Assembly: GCA_050175015.1 (NCBI GenBank)
Contig: JBFXJJ010000003.1
Span: forward strand, 64,001 to 128,000
DNA length: 64,000 nucleotides
DNA from: Alphaproteobacteria bacterium
GTDB taxonomy: Bacteria > Pseudomonadota > Alphaproteobacteria > JBFXJJ01
Direction of reading: 5' to 3'
Shown: positions 19,821 through 29,615 of the stretch, one piece after another
Numbering within the stretch: position 1 is the first letter of the stretch
How the letters are laid out: each line of letters begins with the position of its first letter
Position numbers and translations under genes: made by a program
The notes under the pieces: generated by a model
What the model saw: only the letters and a program-made list of their open reading frames with translations
Database searches by the model: none
What the model was told of the DNA's origin: nothing

Positions 19821-20960
19821 CTAATTATCGGCACGGTGAAGCATAATCTCAACAATTTCACCTCTTTCCCAAAGACGCATACGAGGTCCCCAAGTGCCTG
19901 TTCCTCTTGAGACAATCAGAGCCATATCGTTGATATCATATTTTCCTTTGTATAGATTATAGCGCGTTTTAACTAAGTATCCAAAAGGCCATATTTGACC
20001 TGCGTGGGTATGCCCTGATATCATAATATCAACTCCTTTTTGAGCCGCTTCAACGTATTTTACGGGGGCATGAGATAAAAAAATGGTTGTTCCTTCTTTT
20101 AAGTTTTGAAATGTCTTATCAATAGGGTTTAGGCTTCTTTGGCCAAAACTTAAATCTTCTATTCCCGCAATATTTAACTTAGGTGCGATTTCTTTGTTTT
20201 CATTATACAGGAAGTTAACATTGGTTTGTTCAATAGGAAAAATACCTTTAGCAATATAATTATCATCATGATTGCCGACTACTGCCCAAACTCCCATGGG
20301 AGCTTTTAGTTTGTTAATTAAATCGAGATGGCTTTCTAATAAAGGTTCTCTTCCTTCAATAATATCTCCAACGAGCACAATTATGTCCGGCTTTTTAAAA
20401 TTGACCGTTTCTACAACCTTAGAAAACCAGCTGGGCTTTATTAGCTTGCCCAAGTGAATGTCTGACAATGCTATAATTTTAATGCCGTCAAGTTCAGGAC
20501 TTAGGTTTGATATTTTTAAATTATACGTTGTAAGTACAGGTTGTCTGATTGCCTGAATGTTGGCAAAAACAGCCATTGCAAGTCCTGCAATTAAAGCAAC
20601 CCCCCGTAATGCTGGGACATATTGTTTGAAAAAAAAGCCAAACCCAGTTATGACATCAACTAAAAGCATTGCCGAAAACATAATGAAAATCAATCCAATA
20701 GCGTTCATACCTACAGATTCAGCAATGGCGGCGGCATTGCCCGTATTCTTATGACCAAACTTCCAGCCAACAACAACCAGTGTCCAAAGACAAAAGCCAA
20801 GTATTAGCCAAGAGGGGAGAGATAAATATTTAACAATCAAAGGAATTGCTGCTGCGCGCAAAAAGATGTAGAGCAGCATTAACGATACTAAACCGATAAA
20901 AATTAAACCAAACACAATATAAACCATAAAAATCACTATAATGTTAAAGAGTTGAAACAT
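19821..20960 (-). CDS. Membrane-anchored calcineurin-like metallophosphoesterase (YkuE-like)
   Basis: N-terminal TM helices; DIH, GD, GNHD, SH, GHTH motifs. Confidence 0.9.
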   Translation of the reverse strand: MFQLFNIIVIFMVYIVFGLIFIGLVSLMLLYIFLRAAAIPLIVKYLSLPSWLILGFCLWTLVVVGWKFGHKNTGNAAAIAESVGMNAIGLIFIMFSAMLLVDVITGFGFFFKQYVPALRGVALIAGLAMAVFANIQAIRQPVLTTYNLKISNLSPELDGIKIIALSDIHLGKLIKPSWFSKVVETVNFKKPDIIVLVGDIIEGREPLLESHLDLINKLKAPMGVWAVVGNHDDNYIAKGIFPIEQTNVNFLYNENKEIAPKLNIAGIEDLSFGQRSLNPIDKTFQNLKEGTTIFLSHAPVKYVEAAQKGVDIMISGHTHAGQIWPFGYLVKTRYNLYKGKYDINDMALIVSRGTGTWGPRMRLWERGEIVEIMLHRADN

Positions 20961-21000
20961 TATAGATAGTTTTTTTGAAATTGGTAAAGCTTAAATTGTT

Positions 21001-21474
21001 TTAAGCAATATAAGCGTTTGCAGCTTCTTTCATATCTTCTTCTATTTTCTTGGTAATTTTTTCTTCAATTTTTAATCTTTCTTCGGGAGATAAGGCATCA
21101 AATTCTTCTTGAGTTAGTCCTTCATCTTTGAGATACATTTCCCATAGGCGTTCTTCGGGGCTTTTTTGAGCAAAATCTAAAAAGTCTTGTTCGGTTTGGG
21201 AGTAAGATCCATCTGTGGAGCTTGATTCTTGTACAACCCCTCCGATTAATTGGGCATAAAAATTGGTTTTTGCTGAGGCACTATCGCTTTCTGAAACGCT
21301 TGATATGCTATCATTGTTTTGGCTGCTGCCTGAATACTTTTCAATGTTTTGAGTAACTTGAGCTAAAAAGCTTAAGCCTGATAATTGCTCGCCCAAAGCA
21401 TTTTGAGTGTCATCTTTTATCTTACTAAAATTAACTCCAGAAAAAAGAGAAGCATTGTTTTCAACTATACTCAT
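21001..21474 (-). CDS. Hypothetical protein (Ser-rich linker, helical C-terminal domain)
   Basis: 157-aa ORF with strong SD AGGAGG; sigma54-type promoter upstream. Confidence 0.75.
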   Translation of the reverse strand: MSIVENNASLFSGVNFSKIKDDTQNALGEQLSGLSFLAQVTQNIEKYSGSSQNNDSISSVSESDSASAKTNFYAQLIGGVVQESSSTDGSYSQTEQDFLDFAQKSPEERLWEMYLKDEGLTQEEFDALSPEERLKIEEKITKKIEEDMKEAANAYIA

Positions 21475-21523
21475 ACCAACCTCCTAAAAAGATATATCTA
21501 AAAGCACATCATTAATAATCTCA

Positions 21524-21568
21524 TGCAAAAAATGTGCCTATAGCGGTGTTTGAGTTAACGCGTTGATT
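21524..21568 (-). promoter_or_regulatory. Sigma-54 (-24/-12) promoter with adjacent IHF site
   Basis: Minus strand TAGGCACATTTTTTGCA (GG-N10-GC, 21524-21540); AATCAACGCGTTA matches WATCAANNNNTTR (21556-21568). Confidence 0.7.
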
Positions 21569-21682
21569 TTATATGATTTTGTTGTTTTTATTGTGTTTGC
21601 AGCGCTTATTAAGGTGCAATTTTTTCTTAAGTTTTAGGCAAAAAAGTTCTGGGAAGTGTTTTTTATGATGCTTGTTTTTTTG

Positions 21683-22090
21683 TTATTCATTATCGGAGTG
21701 GTATTGAACAGTTATGGTTTTGCCGCCAACAATAAAGTCTTTGATTTTATTTTTTATCCAAGTTTTTAGTTTTGAGCGAACATAAGGAATTAAACCAAAA
21801 AAGGCTGCAACATCAGTTAATATTCCAGGCGTCAGGAAAAGAAAGCCGCAGATTAAAACGATAACACCGTCAATAACTTCATCGGTGGGCATAACGCCAA
21901 CCATAAGATCTTTTTTTATGTTATATAATATTTTAAGACCTTGATATTTGGAGATAAAAGCCCCAGCTGCTGCCGTTATAACGATTAACAATAATGTATA
22001 AGCAATGCCTATGAGCTGTCCAATTTTAATCAAAATTACAAGCTCTAAAAAAGGAATAGCAGCAAAGAATAAAAAAAGTTTTAAAAACAT
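21683..22090 (-). CDS. fxsA: FxsA-family membrane protein
   Basis: PFLELVILIKIG...GFLFLTPGILTD signature. Confidence 0.9.
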   Translation of the reverse strand: MFLKLFLFFAAIPFLELVILIKIGQLIGIAYTLLLIVITAAAGAFISKYQGLKILYNIKKDLMVGVMPTDEVIDGVIVLICGFLFLTPGILTDVAAFFGLIPYVRSKLKTWIKNKIKDFIVGGKTITVQYHSDNE

Positions 22091-22219
22091 AATGACGTTA
22101 GCTTAACTTCAAATATCGGCTTATAGCAAGAAGTTTTGCAAAAGGAGATAAAAAACCAAAACTTTAGTTCTGGTTTTGAGTATTTTTTTAGAATAATTTT
22201 AATTTCTAATAAAAAAAGA

Positions 22220-22265
22220 TTGACGTTGCTATTATTTTTAATCTACACTAAATCAATCGGAATTA
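22220..22265 (+). promoter_or_regulatory. Sigma70 promoter overlapped by a putative Rrf2/CymR-type operator
   Basis: TTGACG-N18-TACACT; TAATCTACACTAAATCAATCGGAATTA ends in ATMGGAATTW; operon ends with an Rrf2 gene. Confidence 0.55.
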
Positions 22266-22290
22266 AGGTGTAGCTAGGAGATTGGTGATT

Positions 22291-22833
22291 ATGACAAACA
22301 AGCAAAAAAAGAAAGCTGATAAAATTACAGAGATATCAAGGGCTCTTCCAAATGTTGCCTTTGCGGCACTTTTAGGTGTGGCATCAGCGATTGCAGCATC
22401 AGATGTAGTTTTAGCGCAAAGTTGCCATTCTTCTGGGGAAAATTTGGTTGATATTGCTAATAGGGCTGCCGCTTTGGCTAAAAGTTCTTTAGCGGTACAA
22501 GTTTTAAAACTTAATGAAAAAAACATTTTAACTGAAAATAGATATCTCGTTGCGAAGTTTGTAGACAAGCCCAAAATGGGAATTTCGGTGTTAAAGCTTA
22601 ATATCTTTGATGAAAATGGCAATAAGCTTTCGAATTATAAAGTTACGGGCTATTCAGATATGCCTTCAATGCGGGGGCATCACGATTCAGGCGAAAACTC
22701 TTTTGGTTTGAATAACAATCAAGACTATTTGCTTCCTGTAAACCTTGTTATGCCAGGAGATTGGGAAGTAATGGTTAAGGTGTTTGACGGCGAAGAGGAA
22801 ATGTATCTTGGTCAGATACTTTTTGATATTTAG
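22291..22833 (+). CDS. YtkA/FixH-like exported protein
   Basis: SD AGGAGA; hydrophobic N-terminal segment; DMPSMRGHH and LVMPGDWEV motifs. Confidence 0.7.
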   Translation: MTNKQKKKADKITEISRALPNVAFAALLGVASAIAASDVVLAQSCHSSGENLVDIANRAAALAKSSLAVQVLKLNEKNILTENRYLVAKFVDKPKMGISVLKLNIFDENGNKLSNYKVTGYSDMPSMRGHHDSGENSFGLNNNQDYLLPVNLVMPGDWEVMVKVFDGEEEMYLGQILFDI

Positions 22834-23824
22834 TTTCTTAAGCGTTTTTTTTACTTCTTTTGAAGCCCAATCCTCCAATCGTATGATCTTCCTAGAAGCT
22901 CAGACGGTTGGGGGATATTCCTCTAAAGAAAGTGAACCAGTTTACTATTCAAATAATAGAAATGATGCTATGCAAAAACCGTCACTAGGTTTTGATTATA
23001 TTGAAAAGTTATCGAATGATTATCAAGATTTAGCAACAATAGCGATACAGGGACGTCTTGCCTATGATAAATCCTACAATAAATGGGAACCTCAACTTTA
23101 TAACGCTTATGTTGAGGCTAAAACCTCAGTTGGCGGAGATCTGTGGCTTGGAAGCAACCGCCCAGCTTTTCTTCTGGGATCTTACTGGGATACTCACGCA
23201 GAGCTTTTACAGCCATTATCAATGGAGGGATTTGGGTTTGGACGAGATTGGGGCGTCGGGTATACGAAATATTTAGATGATGGAGATTTTAAAGCAAGTA
23301 TGACCTCTGGTTCGGGGCAAAGCTTTAGGACAGAAGGAAATTATTTGGCGGCACTTAGATATGGTAAAGGTGTGATTAACTTTGATAATTATAATGTTGG
23401 CTTGTCTTTGGCAAATGGCAGAACACTTAAAACTATGGGGTACCATGTTGAAGACCATAAACCTAAAGATTTTCGTATGATTGGTTTCGATGGTTCTTAT
23501 AATTTTAACAATGTTGAGCAGAAAGCGGAATTTGCATTTGGAGAGAAGCAGGATAAGGCCTCATTAGGGGTGTTGTATCGTTTGACATTAAAATTTTTAG
23601 AAGATGATAAATTGAAGTTAGACTTTCAGCCATCTTATACTAAGAACCATAAAGATTATGATAAAACGTTAAGTTTTGGAACAACATATAAAGTTTCATC
23701 AGAAACGGCTGTAAGGTTTATGTATTCGTACTCTGAAGCTAAAGAAACAATGTTAGGAATGACAGATAAAAGTTCTGATAATGTGATACTTGGTCAAATT
23801 TATTATTATTTTAGATGGAAATAA
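22784..23824 (+). CDS. Putative outer-membrane beta-barrel protein (start uncertain)
   Basis: Signal-like N-terminus; amphipathic beta pattern; YNAYVEAK; aromatic C-terminus QIYYYFRWK. Confidence 0.7.
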   Translation: MTAKRKCILVRYFLIFSFLSVFFTSFEAQSSNRMIFLEAQTVGGYSSKESEPVYYSNNRNDAMQKPSLGFDYIEKLSNDYQDLATIAIQGRLAYDKSYNKWEPQLYNAYVEAKTSVGGDLWLGSNRPAFLLGSYWDTHAELLQPLSMEGFGFGRDWGVGYTKYLDDGDFKASMTSGSGQSFRTEGNYLAALRYGKGVINFDNYNVGLSLANGRTLKTMGYHVEDHKPKDFRMIGFDGSYNFNNVEQKAEFAFGEKQDKASLGVLYRLTLKFLEDDKLKLDFQPSYTKNHKDYDKTLSFGTTYKVSSETAVRFMYSYSEAKETMLGMTDKSSDNVILGQIYYYFRWK

Positions 23825-24436
23825 ATGAATAAAAAAATAATTATAATTGCATTAATGATATTTAGTTTTATGGCTAAAAATGTTTTTGCTGCCGTCGGTT
23901 GTGATTTAAGTAACCCTGATCGCGATGTTAAAAAATTTTTTCCGCAGTCGAGTGGGTATAAAACTTCGTATGAATCTGTTGAACAGAATGGAGGAGAAGA
24001 GCTTTTTGCAGAAGTTCAGAAAAGATTTGGAGATAACTTCACGGGTCTTTTTGAGACTATAGATGTTCCTTATTCCGTTTATACCATTTTTCAAGGAAAT
24101 GAAGTTATAGGATATATCCATGGTGTTAATCAAAGAGCAACATATGGTGGTATGCAGGTATTTTTAGCTTTTGATAAGGAAGGTATTATTAAAGATTTCT
24201 ATTTCCAGCGCTTAACTTCTCAAGCGTCTAAAGAACTTAGGTCTAAAGATTTTGCTAATCAGTTCATAGGACTGAGTTTGAAAGATTTCGCGGACTATGA
24301 TGTTAAATCTGGAGTGTTTAAAGGGATATATAATCCAGTTTTAGATGCTCAAGATGATTTTATTGCCGCTCTTAGAGGGGTTAAGAAAAATCTTATTCTT
24401 ATGGATATTTTTGTTTTTAGCAGAGGTAAAAAATAA
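23825..24436 (+). CDS. Exported protein, possibly FMN-binding-domain-like
   Basis: Sec signal ending VFA; GYIHG...YGGMQVFLAFDKEGIIKD...FANQFIG pattern. Confidence 0.65.
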   Translation: MNKKIIIIALMIFSFMAKNVFAAVGCDLSNPDRDVKKFFPQSSGYKTSYESVEQNGGEELFAEVQKRFGDNFTGLFETIDVPYSVYTIFQGNEVIGYIHGVNQRATYGGMQVFLAFDKEGIIKDFYFQRLTSQASKELRSKDFANQFIGLSLKDFADYDVKSGVFKGIYNPVLDAQDDFIAALRGVKKNLILMDIFVFSRGKK

Positions 24437-24441
24437 TAAAA

Positions 24442-25632
24442 ATGATAAGTATTTACAAAATATCGTTTAAAAATCTTTTGAGGAAAAAGACGAGAACAGC
24501 TCTTACTGTTATTGGCATAGCTATGTCTTCTTGGGTTTTGGTCAGCCTTATGGGCTTTAATAGCGGTTATGAAAAATCTCTTAGCAAAGATATTAAAAAT
24601 ATGGGCTTTCAATTTATATTGACGGCGAAGGGTTGTCCTTATGAAGCGGCAACAATGATGTTAACTGGAGGGACAGGGCTTAAGTATCTTGCCGAGAGTA
24701 TTATGGAAGATATTTCCAATCAGCCTGAAATAGAGGCAACAACGCCAATGCTAATGCATGCAGAGTTTAATCCTTATCAGGGAGATGCCGGCGGAATAAC
24801 GGGATTTTTAGGTGTTGATCCTAAAAGCTTTCCTAGAATGAAGCCTTATCTTGAGTTTTTGCAGGGCGAATGGTTTCAGTCGAATGAAGCTAAAGAAGTT
24901 GTTTTAGGTTATGAAGTTGCGGAATTAGAACAGAGACAGGTTGGAGATAAAATACTAATTCCGACAAGAAATGAAACGCTGGAAGTAGTGGGCATATTAA
25001 AAAGATCTGGGACACAAGATGATGGAACAATTTTTGTTCCGCTTAAAACTGTTCAAAGTATATTTGATAAAAACGATAAACTTACGGGAATAGGAATAAG
25101 ACTTCTGCCCAATGCGAATACAGCGGAATTTGAAGATAAATTATATAAACTGCCTGATGTTCAGGTTGTATCAATGGCACAGGTGCGCAGTACAATCTTA
25201 AGGCTGGTTTCAAGTGCCAAAACAATAGTTTTATCAGTTGCATTAATCGCAGTGATTATTGCTATGTTTGGTGTTGTTAACACTATTTTAATGTCGGTGT
25301 TTGAGCGCTATCAAGAAATAGGCATTCTGAAAAGTATGGGAGCTATGCCGCTTGATATTTTTAAAATGATTTGGGTAGAGACAACAATTCTTTGTGCTAC
25401 AGGGGGGCTGACAGGTGTGATGCTTGCTGCTGGATTAGGAAAGCTTACAGAGATAGCTGTGCGCCATTTCTTACCTTTTGCGCCTCATGGAAGCCTCGTT
25501 GATATTGATTATAAAGTAGCAGGTATAGCGTTTCTTATTATAACGGTTTCAGGAATTGTAAGTGGCTTTTATCCTGCTTGGAGAGCAGCTAGGGTAAGAC
25601 CTCTTGATGCTATAAGGAGTGAAATGCTATGA
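24442..25632 (+). CDS. MacB/FtsX-type ABC transporter permease
   Basis: KNLLRKKTRTALT, large periplasmic domain, SVFERYQEIGILKSMGA, YPAWRAARVRPLDAIR. Confidence 0.93.
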   Translation: MISIYKISFKNLLRKKTRTALTVIGIAMSSWVLVSLMGFNSGYEKSLSKDIKNMGFQFILTAKGCPYEAATMMLTGGTGLKYLAESIMEDISNQPEIEATTPMLMHAEFNPYQGDAGGITGFLGVDPKSFPRMKPYLEFLQGEWFQSNEAKEVVLGYEVAELEQRQVGDKILIPTRNETLEVVGILKRSGTQDDGTIFVPLKTVQSIFDKNDKLTGIGIRLLPNANTAEFEDKLYKLPDVQVVSMAQVRSTILRLVSSAKTIVLSVALIAVIIAMFGVVNTILMSVFERYQEIGILKSMGAMPLDIFKMIWVETTILCATGGLTGVMLAAGLGKLTEIAVRHFLPFAPHGSLVDIDYKVAGIAFLIITVSGIVSGFYPAWRAARVRPLDAIRSEML

Positions 25633-26315
25633 GTAATTATGTTCTTGAAGCTAAAAATCTCACTAAAATTTATCAAAGAGGTTCTGAGGAGGTGAATGCT
25701 TTAAATGGGGCAAGTTTTAATCTAAAAAAAGGGGAAATTTGTTCTATAGTGGGGCCATCTGGTTCAGGAAAGACGACCTTAGTTAATATTTTGGGGTGTC
25801 TCGATAATCCAACTAGTGGTGAACTTATTTTAGACGGTAATAAAATTTTTGAAAAAGGAAGAAATTTTTCAGAAAAAGATTTAACTAAGGTTAGAAGAAT
25901 TTTTTTTGGTTATGTTTTTCAAAAGTTTTTTCTAATTCCAACGCTAACGGTTTTAGAAAACGTTGCTGTGCCATTGACATTTTCTCAAAAAGATGTTTCT
26001 CAAAATGAGATAATAGATATTTTAAAAATGCTTGGGCTAGAAAAAAGAATGAATCATCTTCCATCTCAATTATCTGGTGGCGAGATGCAAAGAGTTGCAA
26101 TTGCCAGAGCTCTTATTTCAAAACCTTTAATTCTTTTAGCCGATGAGCCAACAGGCAATCTTGATAGCAAAAGAAGCGGGGAACTTAAACAACTGTTTTT
26201 GGAACTAAATAGCAAATATGGTTTGACAATAGTGGTTGTAACTCATGATATTAATTTTGCAGATATTGGTAACAGAGTGATTGAACTTTGTGATGGTAAA
26301 ATTATAAAACAATAA
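25629..26315 (+). CDS. LolD/MacB-type ABC ATP-binding protein
   Basis: GPSGSGKTT, LSGGEMQRVAIARAL, LADEPTGNLD. Confidence 0.95.
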   Translation: MSNYVLEAKNLTKIYQRGSEEVNALNGASFNLKKGEICSIVGPSGSGKTTLVNILGCLDNPTSGELILDGNKIFEKGRNFSEKDLTKVRRIFFGYVFQKFFLIPTLTVLENVAVPLTFSQKDVSQNEIIDILKMLGLEKRMNHLPSQLSGGEMQRVAIARALISKPLILLADEPTGNLDSKRSGELKQLFLELNSKYGLTIVVVTHDINFADIGNRVIELCDGKIIKQ

Positions 26316-26332
26316 ATTAGGAAGTACTTTCG

Positions 26333-26764
26333 ATGCAAATATCTCAAAAATGTCAATATGCAGTAAGAGCTGTTTTTTATCTGGCCTTAAAAGAATCTAA
26401 TAATCCTATTGCGATTTCTGATATTGCATCACAACAAGATATTCCACAGAGATTTTTAGAAAATATTATGGCCAGTTTAAAAAATATGGGAATAGTTAAA
26501 TCTCTGCGTGGGAAAAGCGGCGGGTATGTTCTTGCGAAAGATACTAAGGAGATAACCGTTGGTGAAATTATTAGTTTTTTTGAAGGCAACTTTGCTCCAG
26601 TTCTTTGTAAAAAAGCAAATAAAGTAGAAGACTGTCCTTTAATAGGCAATTGCCCATTGCCTCAGCTTTGGGGGGAGGCTCAACAAGCTTTAGATAATAT
26701 ATATGGCAAAAAAACTTTTTTTGATTTGGTTGCAGATGCCAGAAAAAAATCAACTAAATTCTAA
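26333..26764 (+). CDS. Rrf2-family transcriptional regulator with three Cys (possible Fe-S ligands)
   Basis: QYAVRAV, IPQRFLENI, SLRGKSGGYVLA, C-x8-C-x5-C. Confidence 0.93.
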   Translation: MQISQKCQYAVRAVFYLALKESNNPIAISDIASQQDIPQRFLENIMASLKNMGIVKSLRGKSGGYVLAKDTKEITVGEIISFFEGNFAPVLCKKANKVEDCPLIGNCPLPQLWGEAQQALDNIYGKKTFFDLVADARKKSTKF

Positions 26765-26847
26765 GGGAAAGGTTTGCCAAAGCCAAAATATCTCTGACGA
26801 ATTGCTGTCACTTTAATCGGTCTTAGAGACACAAAATAAACATTATC

Positions 26848-27366
26848 CTAAATAAAGAATTCTTCAGGATATAAAACAGTACCCGATACGCCTTTGAGAC
26901 CATTGTGAACAAGTTCAATAGCCATAAAACAGTCATCAGGAACATCAAAAGGCGGTTTTATATTCCAGTTGCTTGCGGGCTGGTAGCCAAATTTGGGGTA
27001 ATATCTAGGGTGTCCTAACACGACAACCGAAGAAAAACCTAAATTTTTTGCGATGTTATGCCCTTCTAAGATTAGGCCAGAACCAACGCCCTTATCTTGA
27101 TATTGCGGAATAACGGCAACAGGAGCGAGAGCTAACGATGTTTTTTTATTTATAGTAACTTTTGTAAAAAGAATGTGTCCGATAATCTCATTTTTATTTT
27201 CGGCAACTAAAGATAACTGCGGAATAAAGTTTTTGCTTTCTCTAAGCCGATTAACAAGATTATGTTCATCGCCATCAGAATGTTCAGCTGCTTTGAAGGC
27301 AGATTTGACTACATTATAAACAATGTTAAAATCATTTTTAGTTTCTTGTCTAATAATAAGCTTCAT
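26848..27366 (-). CDS. GNAT N-acetyltransferase (YhbS/YjhQ-like)
   Basis: GHILFT, LAPVAVIPQYQDKGVGSGLI, VLGHPRYYPKFGY. Confidence 0.92.
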   Translation of the reverse strand: MKLIIRQETKNDFNIVYNVVKSAFKAAEHSDGDEHNLVNRLRESKNFIPQLSLVAENKNEIIGHILFTKVTINKKTSLALAPVAVIPQYQDKGVGSGLILEGHNIAKNLGFSSVVVLGHPRYYPKFGYQPASNWNIKPPFDVPDDCFMAIELVHNGLKGVSGTVLYPEEFFI

Positions 27367-27369
27367 AAA

Positions 27370-28482
27370 TTATTCCAGTCTTTTAGTAAAAAACCAACCA
27401 GTTATAATCAGAGTTGTTATACCTATTATAAGCAAAGGATAGGTGTTTGTCCAAACCTCAATAAACGGCATATCTTTTAGAAATAGTCCTTTTATGGTAA
27501 TCAAAAGATGTTTTAAGGGATTAATATAAGTTAATTTTTGCAGCCATAAAGGCATATTTTCAACAGGAGATGCAAAACCTGACAATGTCGTTGCAGGAAC
27601 CATAAAAATAAAAGTTCCAAGAACGCTTTGCTGCTGGGTTTTAGAAATAGAAGATATAAAAAGACCCACACCTACTATAGATAAAATAAAAATTAGTATA
27701 GCAAAAAACAATAAAAACAGGGAGCCTAAAAACGGAATTTTAAAGATGAATACGGAAATGAGCCAAATTAAAAAAGCTTCAACCATACTAACAATTATGG
27801 CTGGTATAGTTTTTCCTATGAGAATTTCATAAGGCATCAAGGGTGAGACAAGAAGCTGTTCAAAGGTGCCGAGTTCTCGTTCTCTTGCAACGGAAAGCGA
27901 GGTAATCATTAAGGCAACCAGCATTGATAATGTTCCCATAAGAGAGGGAACCGTAAACCATATATAAAGCAAATTTTCGTTAAACCAATTTCTTTCAATA
28001 ATGTTTATAGGCTTTATTTGATTTTTAGATATGGGAGAAAGTTCAAGACTGTATTGTTTTATGATCTGCGATAGGTAGCCGTTTACTATTTGAGCGGCAT
28101 TTGATTTGCGACCATCTAAAACAATCTGAATTTTAATTGGTTTTTTATTGCTTATACTGCTGGAAAGATTCTGCGGAATATTAATTGAGGCAATGGCTTT
28201 TTGCTCATCAATTGCTTTTGATGTTTCGCCGAAGTTCGATGCAAAATAAATGTTAGAAAAATTTTTTGAGGCTCTGATTCTGTTGATTATTTCTAGAGAG
28301 TGTTTTCCTATGTCTTGGTTAAAAATAACAATAGAAGTGTTTTTTACTTCCAATGTTGCCGCAAAAGAGAAAATGAACAATTGAATTAAAGGCGGAATAA
28401 CTAGAACTACTCTGGCTTTGGGGTCTCGAAACAGAGTAAGAAGTTCTTTTGTTATCAGAGCTGTTATTCTTTTTGCAATCAT
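27370..28482 (-). CDS. ybhR: ABC-2 permease
   Basis: VARERELGTFEQLLVSP; last permease of the cecR-ybhGFSR-type operon. Confidence 0.88.
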   Translation of the reverse strand: MIAKRITALITKELLTLFRDPKARVVLVIPPLIQLFIFSFAATLEVKNTSIVIFNQDIGKHSLEIINRIRASKNFSNIYFASNFGETSKAIDEQKAIASINIPQNLSSSISNKKPIKIQIVLDGRKSNAAQIVNGYLSQIIKQYSLELSPISKNQIKPINIIERNWFNENLLYIWFTVPSLMGTLSMLVALMITSLSVARERELGTFEQLLVSPLMPYEILIGKTIPAIIVSMVEAFLIWLISVFIFKIPFLGSLFLLFFAILIFILSIVGVGLFISSISKTQQQSVLGTFIFMVPATTLSGFASPVENMPLWLQKLTYINPLKHLLITIKGLFLKDMPFIEVWTNTYPLLIIGITTLIITGWFFTKRLE

Positions 28483-28484
28483 TG

Positions 28485-29615
28485 TTAATCAAGCCTTTTT
28501 ACGGTTTTTTTGATAGTTAGAAGTATAAAAATCAGTCCAATTAGCGCCATTATAGCGATCAATTGGATAAGCAACGGCGGAACATTTCCAACTAGGAAAA
28601 GAGTCTGTAAGCTGGTTACCAAATAACGAGCGGCGAAAATATGGGTAAAAATTCTAATAGGAAAGGGCATAGAGGCAATTTCAAAAATAAAGCCCGAAAG
28701 CATAAACGCGGGCAAAAATGCCGAAACTAAGGCTAGTTGAGAGGCGACTTGCTGGTTTTTAGCCAACGATGAAATAAGAAGTCCTTGCCCCAGAGCTGAG
28801 ATTAGGAAAACGCTGGTAACAAGCAGTAAAAGCCATAATGAACCTCTAAAAGGCACGTCGTACCAGAAAACCGCAATTCCCCAGCAAATTAAAGCAGAAA
28901 CAGTGCCTAATATAAAATATGGAATTATTTTGCCAAGAACAATAGTTCTAATAGTTACGGGTGTAGCCATTAATGCTTCCATAGTTCCTCGTTCCCATTC
29001 TCGCGCAATTACCAGTGAGGTTAAAAGGGTTCCGATAAGAGTCATAATAATAGCGATTGAACCTGGAATTAGAAAATTTTTGCTTTTTAATTCGGTGTTA
29101 TACCAAAAACGAGAATCTACCGAAATGATTGATGATGATATTGCTTGCCCTCGGTTCTCTAGTTGATGGGTGCGCCAAATTTGAACAATTCCTTGAGTAT
29201 AGTTGTTAACAAAAGAAGCAATATTGGGTTCAGAGCCGTCAGTGATAGTTTGAATTTTTAGCTGTGAGTGATCATCTAGGCTGCGAGCTTTAAAGTCTTG
29301 AGGAATAATAACTATTCCTCTAATCTTTCCTGCAATTAATTTTTTTTCAAAATCTATGCGATTACGACCGATTGTTATATCTAAAAATTTAGAGTTAGAA
29401 AATGCTGAAATTAAGGACATTGTATCAGAATTAGTGTCCTCTAAAACAATGCCTATTTTAATGCGGTTGCTGTCAAGATTTACACCATATCCAAAAATAA
29501 AAAGCAAAATTAATGGCAAAACAAAAGCAATCAGCATAGTGCTTGGATCTCTAATAATCTGAAGCGTTTCTTTTTTTATTAAAGCTTTTAAATGGTTCAT
29601 AAGTTTTTTTCCCAA
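28485..29615 (-). CDS. ybhS: ABC-2 permease
   Basis: KETLQIIRDPS, IAREWERGTMEALMATP. Confidence 0.9.
   Translation of the reverse strand: MGKKLMNHLKALIKKETLQIIRDPSTMLIAFVLPLILLFIFGYGVNLDSNRIKIGIVLEDTNSDTMSLISAFSNSKFLDITIGRNRIDFEKKLIAGKIRGIVIIPQDFKARSLDDHSQLKIQTITDGSEPNIASFVNNYTQGIVQIWRTHQLENRGQAISSSIISVDSRFWYNTELKSKNFLIPGSIAIIMTLIGTLLTSLVIAREWERGTMEALMATPVTIRTIVLGKIIPYFILGTVSALICWGIAVFWYDVPFRGSLWLLLLVTSVFLISALGQGLLISSLAKNQQVASQLALVSAFLPAFMLSGFIFEIASMPFPIRIFTHIFAARYLVTSLQTLFLVGNVPPLLIQLIAIMALIGLIFILLTIKKTVKRLD

Noticed and set aside
22151-22179. Imperfect inverted repeat between divergent fxsA and the YtkA operon
   Set aside because: Weak AT-rich stem, not downstream of any gene; no function can be supported
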